Assembly (NCBI GenBank): GCA_033442325.1
Contig: JAWQFM010000006.1
Span: forward strand, 290,355 to 354,354
Reading direction: 5' to 3'
DNA: 64,000 nt
Source of the DNA: Salpingoeca rosetta
Lineage: Eukaryota; Protista; Choanoflagellata
Below are positions 1 through 14,100 of this stretch, piece by piece. The position numbers and the translations under genes are program-made. Within the stretch, counting starts at the first letter, position 1, and every line of letters begins with the position of its first letter. The notes beneath the pieces are model-generated. The model searched no databases and was not told where the DNA came from. It worked only from the letters and a program-made list of their open reading frames with translations.

Positions 1-171
1 CTGCCCCAGCTTTCATTCGGTAAGGGCATCTGTGTCCGTGTCTGTGTGTTTGCGTCTGTGTCTGTGTGTCTGTGTGTGTATGTGTCTGGGTCTGAGTCTG
101 TGTGTGCGTGTGTGTCTGGGTCTGAGTCTGTGTATGTGTGTGTGTGTGTCTGGGTCTGAGTCTGTGTATGC

Positions 172-212
<41 letters not shown>

Positions 213-924
213 TATCTATATGTGTGTGTGTTTTGTTTTGCTGCCCTCTGCGTTGCTGGCACCCCGTGGCGTGTTCGTGTTGCTGCATTCGTCACACACT
301 CACACACATTTTCTCTCCAACCGTTTGCTCATTCGTCACCTCCCTCTCCCTCCCGTGGCACCTCTGCCAGCGAGCGGGCTGCGTGGCTGGTGCTCGGGCT
401 GCCCCGTGATGAGGCCGTGTCGCTGCTCGAAGGAAAACCAACCGGGACATTCATCATCCGCGAGAGCCAGTCGTCCTCTGCACAGTGCGTTTGACTTGAC
501 CAGCACAATGTTGCTTGCTTGCTGCTGGCGCTGTTGTACTCTCTTCGCCTGTGTCTGCGTTTGTGCACTGTGCTGTGCAGGAATTGTGTGTGTATGTGTG
601 TGTGTTTGGCACACTCGTCACCTTTCCAAGTGTTGCAGACGTGCACATGCTCACCACATCACCTGCGCTTGCCTGCGTATGCACCGCCTCTCACACGCTC
701 TGCTCCATCCACCAAATGCCCTCGTTCCCTTGCTTGTGTGTTCTTGCGCGAGCAGCCTCGTGCTGTGTCTGGTTGATCCCACCAACACGATTGTGCAGGA
801 GTACATTGAGATGGGCGACCACGGCGTGTATCTGGAGAAGAATCCCGATGCGTGCTTCCCCACCCTCCACGGCCTCGTGGTGCGTCACCCAGAAGGGGCG
901 GTGTGTGTGGTGGGGGAGCAGGGG

Positions 925-988
<64 letters not shown>

Positions 989-1020
989 AGTTGTTGTTGT
1001 TGTTGTTGTTGTTGTTTAAG

Positions 1021-1069
<49 letters not shown>

Positions 1070-1070
1070 A

Positions 1071-1102
<32 letters not shown>

Positions 1103-3326
1103 AGTTGTTTAAGTTGTTGTTGTTGTTGTTGTTGTTTAAGTTGTTGTTGTTGTTGTTGTTGTTTAAGTTGTTGTTGTTGTTGTCGTTAGTGGTGGTGTTT
1201 TGATGATGATGGTTTGGTGTGATACTTTGACAGTGTGCCACCAACACCCCTCCCCTTCCCTTTCGCGCCTTCCTCTTTCAAATCACTGCTCGCAAATGTA
1301 CCTCCAACACGCACTCTGTCCCATCTGCACACGTATGCTTATTAACATGCCCCCTTTCCCCTTCCCCAAACAGCAACACTACTCGCAGCCGCAGCCCGAG
1401 CTGCCATGCCCGCTCGTGGTGTACGACACGCCACTGTGGGCGGCATCAACGCGTTCCCTCTCGGACACGTTCGTCTCTGCGCGCCCGCGGCAGGAGGAGC
1501 GACTGACGCTCGAATCGCAACACGCAGCATCCATGCGCGCACGCACCCGCCCCGAGCTCTTCCGGGACGACGATGCGGTGAGCTGCAAATGCGTGGAGGA
1601 CGTGGAAGATGTGCACATGCATGTGTGTGTGTGTTGGGGCGTGAGTGTATCTTGCTTTTGTGTTTGCGTGAGTGTGTATTGGTTTCTTTTTTTCTTTTTT
1701 GTGTGTGCATATTGCCTGCTGTTCACCCTTCCATCATCCACTCACTCCTGCACTTCACTACCTCCACCATCGTGCACCTCATCAACCCTCCCCTGATGTG
1801 CCAGCGGTTCTTCGTGCAGCACGCCGACGACCGCTCTGCAGAGCTGACGGCGATGCGCTCCGACCGCACACTCAAGTGGCGGTCCTTCACAGACAACACG
1901 GTGCGCTGGTGATGGCAGCACATTGTCCACTTGGATGGGTAATGGAGTGGGGTGGAGGACACATTGTCTCGATTACCGCTTGTGATGGTTGCCACAACAC
2001 CCCCGCTCATATACATACACATGGCTCGTGAACTCCCACTCACTCACATACACACGCTTACCCACAAATTGAAACACCTCGCCCACCATTGGCCATTGCA
2101 GCTGCCACTGGTCGGAACGGTTCAGAGCTCGCGGGAGATGCGACGTCACCAACAGCAGCAACAACAGCAGCGGCACCAGAAGCACACGCACCGCCGCACG
2201 CGCCAGCACCACGCCAACGGCAGGTGAGCCCACCGGTTGCTGCAAGATGCGTGCGCGCGTGACGCTATTTCTGGTTTCATGTTGTGAACTGATGGCTGCA
2301 AACCCCTGTACTTGGTTGTCTACTCACGTCCTTGTTCATGCCCTTCACCTCTCTCCCGACCACGCTTCTCGCTTGCTGCTCCATTCATGATGACAGCCGC
2401 ACCTTCGACGACAACCTGTTTGGCAACGTAAGCACGTGCTTATCCTGCCCGCTCCCACCGCTGCACACATCGAGTCTCGAATTGAATTTGTACTCACACG
2501 TCATCACTCACGCTGGCACGTTTCTCCCTGGTTTGCTTCTCTATCTATGTGTGTTTCTCTCTCCCCCCCCCCCCGTTGTGAATGCGCTGCTGCTGTCTCT
2601 CGACTGCATTAGCGCGAGGATGCTGTGAAGCGAACCTGCCGCCAACTCGGCCTCTACACAGACCCGACAAGCCAATCGTGAGTTCCTCTTTTGTGTGTGT
2701 GGTTTTGTGTGTTTGTGTGTGTTTGCGTATGTATTTGTGTTTTTGAGTGTGCTATTGTGTGTGATGTGTACTTGGGTGTGCTATTGTGTGTGATGTGCAC
2801 TTGCGTGCGCGCGTGTGTGTCATGTTTTCGTGCGCAACTTTGACATCGCACTGACATGATGTTCTCTTGTGGTTGATGGCTTGAAGGTGGATGTGCATCA
2901 AGCAGCCATTGGCGGACGTGCGGGTAAGTTAAAATGTGAGGTGGTTGAGGACATGGGCTAGTGATTGTCGTTGAACTTTCATTGTCTGCACAATTGTGAC
3001 CAGACTCACATCTGCAACTCACCCACACCCACACACACACACACACATACACCGCTGTTCCCTTTCGTGCTTTTCTTCAACTGCAACAGCATCTACTGAG
3101 ACACCAGGGTGACTTTGTGGTGCACAAGTCAGCGCACGGCAATTACGCGTGCCTGACAATGCAGCACGAAGGGAACGCCGTGTCGTTTGAGATGGTGCGC
3201 CGCAACGGCGGGCTTGGGCTCCTCGACTCGCGCGAAACCTTTGATCGCCTCACCCGCCTGATCGAGCACTACGTCCACCCGGCGCAGACAGACCTGCCGG
3301 CCTCTCTCGGTCCAAACTCCATGTGA
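1..3326 (+). CDS. SH2-domain protein (5' end outside window; two SH2 domains visible). Approx. exons: 1-19, 371-484, 756-~879, 1374-1577, 1805-1900, 2102-2223, 2397-2427, 2613-2677, 2887-2923, 3090-3326
   Basis: Spliced peptide gives WLVLGLPRDEAVSLLEGKPTGTFIIRESQSS..LVLCLV..FPTLHGLV..HY (SH2). It also gives WMCIKQPLADVRHLLRHQGDFVVHKS..YACLTM..FDRLTRLIEHYV..DLPASL* (SH2). GT-AG boundaries I checked have consistent phases. Confidence 0.8.
924..1182. repeat. Intronic (TTG)n microsatellite periodically interrupted by TTTAAG
   Basis: Directly visible; source of the poly-L/C/N ORFs. Confidence 0.95.
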
Positions 3327-3494
3327 TGCTGTGACGGCATGGGCGTGACTGTGACTATCAAACCGTCGTGTGCTGAACCGACGTGGTTGCCCGCCCGTAT
3401 CGTTGCTTGTGTGACGTGGCGGTGTGAGTTTTTGTGTTGAGGTGGCTCTTGCGTGACACTGTGTGACATAACTCTGTGTGTGTGTGTGCGTGTG

Positions 3495-3538
<44 letters not shown>

Positions 3539-3813
3539 CGTTTGAATGAGTAAACCTTGATCAGTGATGATGAGGAGGGTGGCTGTCCTCGCCGCAAGAT
3601 TAATGTTGCATCGAATCGATTTTGGCTGAGTCATCGTGTTGTTCCTGCTGTCCGCAAAGTGTTGACGATTGGTCGTGCCTTCTAACACACACAGATGCGA
3701 GGGAGACGTGCATCCACCTTCTTGTTTGCTGTTCCATTTTGTTGACACTGCTGTGTGGCTTGGTGTCCTGACACTGTGATTCCTTCCTTGGTGCCTGAAG
3801 CAACATTGAGACG

Positions 3814-5102
3814 ATGGACCGCATCAACAAATGGAGAAAGGCCCACAAGGCTTCGAAGGAAGCAAAATCGCAAAAGGAGAAAAGGGTATGCATTCCACCT
3901 CTCTTCAATGCCGTCCTGAATGTCGCAGCCAACTTTGCCAAAGTCGCCGGCCAAACGGAGTGGTCCAAGCTGGTCAAGGGCCTGGGCTTCCTGCCGCAGT
4001 ACTTTTCTGCCTCGTAAGCAATCCGTGTTTTGGTTTATGTTTTGGTTCATGTGGTGTTCCTGTGTCCTCCAGCTCTCCTGCACTGCCCCTTGTCCGGTTG
4101 TGGGCACCTTGTTGACTTTGGTGTGCTCACATCACTGTGTCCACTCATCATGGCTTGAATCACAAGTCGGACACATGTCATTCAGCAACTTGTCTACTCA
4201 CTCACACACACACACACACACACACTCACTCACTCACTCTCTCACACAAACGCACACACTCTCACACACACACACACACACACACACAGGACAACCCTTC
4301 GCGAGGCTGCGCTGGAGCTGGCCGTCGCCGTGCTCAGCAACGAGGATGCTCGAGCAAACTTGACTGAGGCCGCCGACGCCAGCGCATCTTTTCCTCCAGC
4401 TCCTCAACACTGTCGTCGATCAGTTTGTGGGCGCAAGCACTGATCCGGACACGATGAGTGGCCGGTCATTTGACCTGTGCGCCCAAATCTGTGTGCTCCT
4501 GCTTGAGCACAGGAACATCCTCGACACTGCCCACCGCCAACCGGACCTCCTCCGCACCCTCGCTCGTGCTTCGGTGCGCCAACCCCAGATTCGTGAACAC
4601 GTGTACCGTCACAAGAACAAGGGCATCGTCCACACGCTGGATGCCGCGGACACCAACAGCAAGGTGAGACAGCCCTACAACACTGCCGCACACACGCACA
4701 CGCACACGCACATGCAGTGTCACACGGCACGCACTGTCACACATAGACACGCACGTACATACACGCACGCGTGCACGCACATGGTCAGTCTGTGTCTGGC
4801 CTGCATAGCCTCGTCCTCTTGCACATTTCGCCTCGTTCTGCTCATCGTCCCTTGCATTGTCCATCACCACGAACAGGGACCATCCTCCCTTGTGCCCAAC
4901 TTTCGATTCACCTGGACCGATGATCGCGTGGATGAGATCAGCCAGGCGACCTGGGAGCACCAGCGCAAGCTCTGGCGTGTCGCCGACCCCCACCACTACC
5001 GCAGATTCACAGGCACGTCTAACAAACAGTGTGTTGCGCTCCTGTGCGCGTGCATCGCATGTGCTCATCAAGCCATTGCTGTTGCATGGCCATGCAACCA
5101 AC

Positions 5103-5142
<40 letters not shown>

Positions 5143-8100
5143 ACGCATGCATACATGCATGCGCCTTCACACATGACGTGGCAACGACACTCACCCCTTT
5201 CTCCTCCCTCGCCCCTTGCATGTTTGGACTGCAACACAGGCCCCGACACCCTCGCCCGCGTCTTTTCCCTTCTCACTTCAACCGATGATGAGCTCAACGA
5301 CTTCATTCGCCACGTGCTGCGTGAGTCCCTCGCCGCAAACCTCACCGCCGACGAAAGCAAGGACCTCATGTACAAGCTGGGCACCATTGCGTTTTCGACC
5401 AACGTCAGCAACACCCACGTGTCCGCATTTTGCCAACTGCTGGACGTGTCAGCATGGGAACGCGCGTTCACCGTGCTCACTGGCGCTGCATCGGACCCCG
5501 AAGCACACGAAGCCTTCCTCCAGTCCTCGACCCTTGCAACCGTCTGTGCTGCCGTTCGTGGCACTCTGGAATCGGGCCTGGCTGAATGGCTGTGCCAGCC
5601 AGCTCAGGACAACATCGCCCGCACCCGTCTCCTCCAAGCCGTTCAACAGCACGTGGACACAACGCTACAGCTGTCAGCCTCCGTCGCGGGTTCCTCAACG
5701 ACACCGCCATCTGACACTCTTCAAGCATCCCACACGCCCCATATCAACTCCACCAGTGCACTGGACACTCCCCAGCCCGACTCGGCACTCGGCACGTTCG
5801 TCTCGCCCAAATCCTCCTCGCCTGACTCTTCTAAAAACCCAAGCAACGATCTCAGCAACGCTGCTGATGATGATGATGACGATGACGATTGGGGTGCTGG
5901 CCACGATGACCAAACCGATGGTGTCGGCAATGATGCCAATGGTGCCAATCACACCACTGCTGCCGATAATGATGATGATGATTGGGGCGATGACAGCACC
6001 ACTGACAGCACCACTGACAGCACCACTTTCAATGGCGGTCCTCAAACGGATGCTGACACTCGCGCAGCTCTCATCCAGCGCGTGACCGACCTCATCAAGG
6101 AACACTTGAGCACACTGTACCACCTCGTTCTCCGCCGCACAAACACCATCCTTCAATTTCACCTGCAATCCAGCAACACAGAGGCAGTCTCCACGGTCTG
6201 TGTTGAGGTGCTGGAGATTGTGCACAAGAGCAGCACCTTGGCCTTGCTGGACCTGCATGAGGTTACCGACCTGAAGGATCTCCTCTCCAATCTCCTGCGC
6301 ATCAACACCGCCCCGTCCGATGGCCTCCTCGTCGCCCTCGTCCGCCACATCCGCCCAAAGCCTGCCACGCTGCATCACCTTGCCACAGAGTCGAACAGGC
6401 GCCGCCTCCTCGGTCGACTCCAACTCGTTCAACGCATCCTGGTTGAGTGTGTGGAGCGTGATCCCTCTGAAATGTACAACGCAACGGAAGAGACCCTCGA
6501 CTTGCTTGCTGCAGCCGTGCCAGACCACACCGCCTGTCCGGCTGACTGTGCCGCTGCCTTCCTGGCCATCTTCGGCAGTTCCGGTGCTTTCCAGTTCACG
6601 CCAGCCCACGCCAGCCACATCATCGAGGTCCTGGCTGCCACGTCGCTCGATGGTGAACATGCCACTCCAAGCAACACTCCAGCCACTGCTGATACAACTG
6701 TCATGGCGCCCACCACAACAACAGCCCACGCCTCTGTCGCTGACCCAAAGACTGAGCAGCGCACGCGCCTGTGCATGCTGTTGCTCTCGCTCACCCGTTC
6801 TGCTGATAAAGAGGTGATCCAGCGTAATTGGCAGTTCATTGCTGACAGGCTCCTCGCCGGCCTGCCCCTCATCACAGCCACGCCGCAGCAGCACAAGGCG
6901 TGTTGGCACGTCCTCTTCCGTGCAGCGCCAGCCCTGACTGCGAGGACCAAGATTCTGGCCGCCTTGTTCGAATTCTGCATGCAGCAGTGGCTTCAGCACG
7001 ACGAGCTAGCGTGGGCAAAGGGAGACGCCCTTGTCGACACCCTGCAAGTGCTGTCTCAGAGCAACCGCACCCGCACCCGCAACCTCATCAAGGACCAGAT
7101 CGCCAAAGCCATGCACACGCTCACGCACATGCTATCGTTCGACCGTCGAACTTCGCCAGCGTACGCCCTCCTGTTTGAGCTCGTGAAGCCCCACGACCCA
7201 GCCTCCGTCATCGACGGCAACGATGATGATGGCGAGTTTGACAGCGGTGCTCCATCCCGCAGTGAGCAGCTGCACGTCAGCGCCACAGACGCAGACTCCA
7301 AGTTCCCTCTCCCCGCAGCATTCAAGGAAGGCCTACAGCATGCTGTGGCAGAGTACAACACGAGCGAGGCTCATTCTTTCGAGATCATCAGCGATGGCGA
7401 GCGCGCCACCTTCAGTGGACACATCCTTGGCAACTGCTTCAACTCTGCGAGCGCGTATGCACAGGCTTGCAAGACGTTTCCGCCAGCAGACTGGGGCGTG
7501 GTCCCCACAACCCGCACCCTGCAGTACCTCAAGACCATCTTGTCCACACTTCGCACTAACGACAACCTGCTCCTGCAAGGCGAGACTGGTGTGGGCAAGA
7601 CGATGCTGACGCTCTTCGCCGGCCATCTCGCCAACCAGGTCGTGCTGCGCTTCAACGGGTCATCACACAGCAGCGTTGAGGACCTCTTTGGCAGCGCCAC
7701 CAACGACCCCACCAAGCCCGGCCACTTTGGGCTTGCCCCTGGCCCCGCCATCCTTGCCTATGCCTTTGGCTATTGGCTGTACATTGATGAGGCAAACCTG
7801 CTCAAGGAGGATCTGGTGCAGACCCTGGCCTGCCTGACTGAAGACCGTCTCTCTCTCGCCCCCTTTGCCAAAGGCCTCTCGATTCTCGACTGCACCTCTG
7901 CTTACACGGGCAAGCCCCTGCCCGTCATTGGCAGCGGCAGTGGCGGTGATGATGCTGTCCTCGTGCGAAAACACAAGAACTTCCGTCTCATCTTCGCCCA
8001 GAACCCTTGCGACAGCAGATACAACCGCGAAAAGCACAGCCTCAACGTCCTCAGTACCTTCGTGCCGCTGGATGTGACGTGGGGCTCGAACCTTGCATCC

Positions 8101-11100
8101 CGCAAGGCCGAGTGGACGATGATCGCTGCCAGTGCCCTTCGTGGTGTTCTGCCTGATGACATCCACCACAGTCTGTCTTCCGACAAGTTGGCGAGCCAGC
8201 TGGTGGACTTTCACGTGCGAATCACAGATGCACAGCTCCTCGAAGAGCTTCGTGCCATCGAGAACGAGGGCGAGGTGTACGAGCAGCAGCACTTCATGGA
8301 CTTGACGGTGCGCGAGCTCAAGCGTTTTGCCAGCGCTTGTCGCGCATACATGGGCCGCCTCAAGGGATCCGCTTCGAAGGCTTTCCAAACACACTTGACA
8401 GCGTTTGCGCTCATGCTCTCCTCCATCTACGGTGCCCGCTTCCAGTGCGCTGCGTCCCGCCAGCGCATTGCCGCGATTGCGTTTGAATGTCTCAACGCAG
8501 ATCAGGCGCAAGCAACAGGAGCCTCTCCTCAAGGCCGGTTGCAGATGCATGCGCAGGCTGTCTTCATTGATGGCATCCCACTCCAGCGCAAGGTGGCCGC
8601 ACCCGAGCATGATATCGTGGACATTGTTCACGACAAGATCATGCAGTGCGCGACACACCCCGACTTCATGCTCCAGTATGGCTGCTACGACTTTGTCAAC
8701 CACGCATGTGTGGATCGCGTCCGAGCCATGATGCGTGATGAAGGCCGGTCGCTGGGTCATGCCCTCCTGCATGCGTATGTGGCGCCCGTTCGCTGTGTCC
8801 GTGCTCGGGCGGACCTTCTCGCTGACATTTGCAAGACGCTGGATGCCACGCATGCAGCGGAGGCACAGCGCCTGCGTGACGTCGACCCGTCCTCTCTGCC
8901 AGAGCCCGACCAGTACATCTGCCCAATTGTGGTGACAGCAGAGCTGGTGACAGCAGCACGGGAGTGCGCAGTGGCGTTCCTCCTGCGCACACCCTTGATG
9001 ATCTGCGGCCCGAGCGGCGCTGGCAAACAGGTTCTCGTGCGGTTCCTGTCTGCCATGACCAACATCAGCCTCACCCACCTCCACCTGACAAAGGAGACGG
9101 AGGTGCAAGACTTCATTGGCATGGCCATCCCAGAGACAGACCACGCGACAGGGGACATGAACCTGCGGTGGCACGATGGCCACTTGCCTCGCACCATGCG
9201 CAATGGCGGCATTCTGGTTCTTGATGACATTCTCTCCCTGCAGTCGTCTCTGCTCGAACGGCTCAACCCGGTCTTGGAGGAGAAGCCCACGCTCGTGCTG
9301 TCCGAGAACAACCAAGTCTCACCGATACCTGAGGACGAGATCAGCGACTTTATGCGCTTTGTCGCCATTGTCGAAGCAAGGAACAAGGCCATGACGCCCG
9401 CCTTTGGCAACCGCTTTCACATGGTGTACCTCAACCCGCCACACAAATCATCGACATGGTTTGTGGCTGCCAGCCGTCTCTTGCTCGGGCATGAAATGGG
9501 TGATGGGGAATGTCCACGTGATGTCCGTGACCTGACAGCAAAGGCACATCAAGTCTGGTGCAGTTCAGAGGAGCGACCCAGTGTGCGGCGCTTCGTGATG
9601 CTGTTTGATGCCGCGTTTCACCTCACCCGCGGTACTACACCTCCCCCACTCAAGAACAAGGCTGCAGCCGCTGTCCGAGAGGCGTGTGAGCTCGTGCTCG
9701 CCCAACACCCGAAAACGGCAGAAGTCCTCAAGCAGCAGCTCGTCAATTCCCTTCCACCCAACAGCATTGACTATGTGGATGCGTTGCTAACGTCACCTCA
9801 GCCTGATGGTGGGGTAACCTTTGTCCTGGACAAGGACACAACACCACGGGTGTATGCAAACGCGAACAAGGTGCTGCGCGCCCTCAAGGCACGCGTTCCC
9901 GTCGTGTTTGAGGGCAGTCAGGCCGTGGGCAAGACGGCAACCGTGACTGCTCTCGTCCACTGGTTGACGCACAAGGCGATACTGCACAAGACCAACAGTG
10001 ATTCCACGCAAGCCACGGACTACCTCTCCTACTGGCGCCCCAGCAAGCAAGGCAACTTTGCCTTTGAAGAGGCAGAGTTCGTGCGCACCCTGCGCAGCGG
10101 CACATGCTTCCTGAACGACGAGTTCAACCTCGCCAACACGTCCACCCTCCTCTCTGTCTTCATCCCTGTGCTTGACAGCGGCTGCTTGGCGCTTCCAACA
10201 GGCGAGTACGTGCACAGAGCACCTGGCTTCTGGCTTGCAGCTTGCCAGAACCCCGTTGGCTTTGCTGGGCGCAAGCCTTTGGCTCGCAAGCTGGCTGACC
10301 GCGTGTGTGTCGTGCCGTTCGAGAACCTGACACAGGACGAGCTGACGGAGATTGCTGCCAAGCGCACAAGAAACGCCATGAGCACAGACATGCTGCGCAA
10401 GTTTGCTCAGCTGCAGGTGCAGATGCGTGAGCACACCGCACTCAAGCAAGACCCGGCAGTCACCGTGCGTGAGGTGTGTCGCTGGACACGCCGCATGCAG
10501 GCCACGCCAGATTCAGCGCCTCACGCCGTTGCGAACGGCATTGAGTTGCTGGTGGGGCGATCACAAGGCCAACCGCAGCTTGTCGATTTGGTCACGAAAG
10601 CGTTTGCCAACGAAGAAGACGGCCAGAACGTTGACAGATTGCACAGCGTAATGGCGGGTGGGGATTCCATCCCCGATGTTTGCTCTTTTACACTCCCTCG
10701 TGATGGCTGCGTGGAAATCAGATATGAGGGCCATCCAGCGTCAACAGTTCGGGTCGAGACACAGCTGCCACCAGCTGCCATTGCACCATTGCTGACAGCA
10801 CCCTGCTTCAAGTCCAAGCAGTTTTGCCTTGATTTCTACCGCTTCTGCAAGTGCTACACAAACAAGGAGCCTGTGCTGTTGATTGGCCCCACGAGCCGTA
10901 AGACTCTGCTCGTAGAGATGCTGGCCAAGGTGACGGGTCGCCCGCTCTCAACATACACGCTTGGAACGGATTCGACGGCAGAAGAGCTCATTGGCCGCGT
11001 CCTGCCAACAACACTCGACGCACAGATGGCAAGTGCCGTCGATGTCATCAGGCGCATCGACACCATCCTTGCTGCTCAAGGCACTGCTGATGCATCCTTG

Positions 11101-14100
11101 ACCGGCCAGGCGTCTTTGCTGGAAACGGCTGCTGGGTTCATCGGAAGAGCCGACCTCAACTACACGGACGTGGGCCAATGGCTCGAGCGAGTTGGCGCCG
11201 TATTCCCTGCTGCTTCATCGTTCGTGGAAGAGGGAAGGACACTCCTCAACGATTTGCAGGTGACTCCGAACAAGCAAGGTGATTCCAGCACGCGCACCGA
11301 GCACAACGGAGATGATAGTAGCAGTGATGGCGAAGATGATGATTGGGGTGACGATTCAAATGAGCGGTCATCGTTGCCCACCTCCGCAGCGGGTGATGGC
11401 ACGGAACGTGTTGGCGATGGCAATGCCGACGATGACGAGGATGATTGGGGTGACGACAGCGAAGATGCAGATATGGATGATGATGATGACGATGATGACG
11501 ATAACTGGGGCGATGATGGTGGCGCTGATGATGATGCGGGTGCCACACGAGGCAATGTAAGCAGCCACGACGACAGCTGGGGTGGTGACACCAGCGAGCA
11601 CAGCTCCCGTCGCTCGTCCTCATCACTCAGCATCATGGATGAAAAGCCCCAGGATGGCTCGGACGCCTGGTGGCTCCGGGAGGACATTATGGCACCAGGC
11701 GACGACACTGCCGATGATGAACCGCAGACAAACGCCGTGGACGTGCGAATCTCCGAGCTGAAGCTCAAGGTTGTGGTGTACAAAGTTGCCTTGCAAGCGC
11801 TGCAGTTCATCACAGCGTCTGTGTTGGCCGTTTCCGAGAGCCGTGACGAGCACACACAAATGCAACAAGAGCTGGCGGCCTGTATCGCTCTTCTTCGTCA
11901 CAGTGTGGATGCCCTCCTCAAGGAAGATGTTCAGCACTCGTCTGAATTCCAGCGCCCGCGCTTCCAATTCAAGGACGGCCCAGTCACGGACGCTGTGCGG
12001 CGTGGTGGCATGCTGCATCTGCGTGACTTGCACCGCGCCCCTGCATCTGCTGTGGAGAAGTTCAACTCTCTCTTGGAGTTGGAGCCTTCGCTCGAGACAA
12101 GCGAGTATGGCAACATCGACTGCCCGCAGTCGTTCTTCTTTGTCGCTTCCGTCACATCCGACCGCCGGCTCTTTGAGTGCGGCTTGTCACCGGCTCTCAT
12201 CTCGCGCGTCACAGTCATTGACGTGCAGCCGTACACCAACACTGAGTTTCAGCACCTGGTCAGAGGCGCCCTCGGTAGCGTGGCAGATACGACGAACGAG
12301 CTTGCCCACTTCATCAACGACGTGTTTGAAGCATATGGCTCCTTCAACACGCGCCTTGCGTACCAGATGATTGGCTTTGTGCAGCGACACAAGGACCGCT
12401 TCGTCCGCGTGCAAGACGGCGTTCTTCACGCTGTGGCGGCGCTCATAGCGCCTCGGCTGGATGACGCGGGAATTGACAAGCTCAACAAGGTCGTGACAGA
12501 TCGATTCCAGTTCAGACTGGAGGAGTTTGAAAAGCAACCCGTTGGCTTCTATTCACTGCCTCCCGCGCGACAAACAACGCATGCATCCTCGACACCAACG
12601 CAGCAGCCACAGAAGCTGGAAATCATCCCTGGCGAGCACATCCTGGAACAGGCACATTTCTTCTCAGCTGACGGTGATGGTGTGGTGTTCGGTCTTGGTC
12701 CTTTCTGCATCAGAAGTGTGCACACGTCCGCAGATGTGGCGCCAAATCTGCAGCTGTATCCCGGCATGAGCACCAACCACAATCTTCGCGCGATGGCTCG
12801 CGTTTTCAGCGCAGGACTATATCCTGTTCTCCTGGGCCCACCGGCAAGTGGCAAGCTGTCCTGTGCTCGAGAACTGGCGCGTGCGCTTGGCTACAGCAAC
12901 GTGACGCTGATCACGTTTGCGCGTTCCACATCGAGCGAGGATGTGATTGGCCGTTACCACCAAGCGCTGGACGGGTCGTTCCGGTGGGAAGATGGCGCGT
13001 TCATGACCGCTGTGAAGGCAAACCGATTCATCGTGCTCAAAGATATCCACCTCATCAACAACGAGCTTGCTGTCCAGATTGCTCGCATCTTGCGCGAGCA
13101 TTCAACACCCCCAACAACTGCAATGAGAACAAGCACAGCTTGTCAGGTGCCAAAGTCGCCGCTTGTGTGCGCGACTGCTCCAGCGTTGGAGAAGGTTGCA
13201 GATCAACTGCAAATTGCGTTTGCCCCGCTTTCCTTCCAACACATCCTGCCGAGCAGCCCACACCCTGACTTGGTGTATCCACTGGTCTGCCACGCATTCC
13301 GCGACATTGAACAGCTGAGTGTGAGCCACGAACTGTTCATGCCATTGGCCCGTCTATTGTGTGAACTGGTGGAATTGAGCGAGGACGACTCCACAGATCT
13401 GGTTGGCGCATTTCCGTCCTGGTCCCTGCGTGAAATGGAGAAAGTGAAGACCTTGTTCGTACCGCTCTTCGAGACACTGCAGTGCCTGCAGTGGGTGAAA
13501 CACGACGAGCAAGGCGCAGATGACGATGAAGATGGCGGCGTGCATCTAGACCATAGTCGGACAGAAAGCGATGGGCACCACGACAGCAGCCTGCATGCAG
13601 ACATGCAGCAGCTGGCGCTGCAAGTCCTGACCCAAGTGGCACAGCTGGTGTTTGTGGGCGGCCTTGAAGGTCGAGCTCGTGACCTGGCCTTGAAGAAGGT
13701 GGCCAAGTGTTTTCCTCAAACAGCGCCTGACACTCAGTCGGCAGTTGTGGTGGACACAACCCTAACGCACTGCGTGCGTGTGGGGTCGGTGTTCTTTCCG
13801 CGTCGCCAAACCACGCGAGAGACGCCCGCGAACGATGCACGGCAAACTGTCTCACCGGATGTCGTGCTCACACCACAGCATGCCAAAACGTTGCAGGACA
13901 TGGCGCTGGTGCTGCAGGCCCACCGCAGCCTCACCATGCGTGGTCCCACGGCCAGCGGCAAGACCCAGCTCATTCGCTGGTTCGCCCGTGCAGCCAATGC
14001 ACCCACCCTCGAACTCCATCTGAAGAAAGCAACGGAGATCGGAGATGTCATGGGCCAACTGCGCGCAGAAATGGGAATTGTGCGCGTGCAGAGACTGGCC

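Noticed and set aside
924-1182. TTAA sites in the satellite as piggyBac footprints
   Set aside because: No terminal inverted repeats or transposase seen; slippage amplification of one interrupted unit is sufficient
13-1247. Many ORFs rich in HT/CV/poly-L/poly-C/poly-N, here and throughout the window
   Set aside because: They are translations of intronic (CA)n, (GT)n and (CAA)n microsatellites, which lack stop codons
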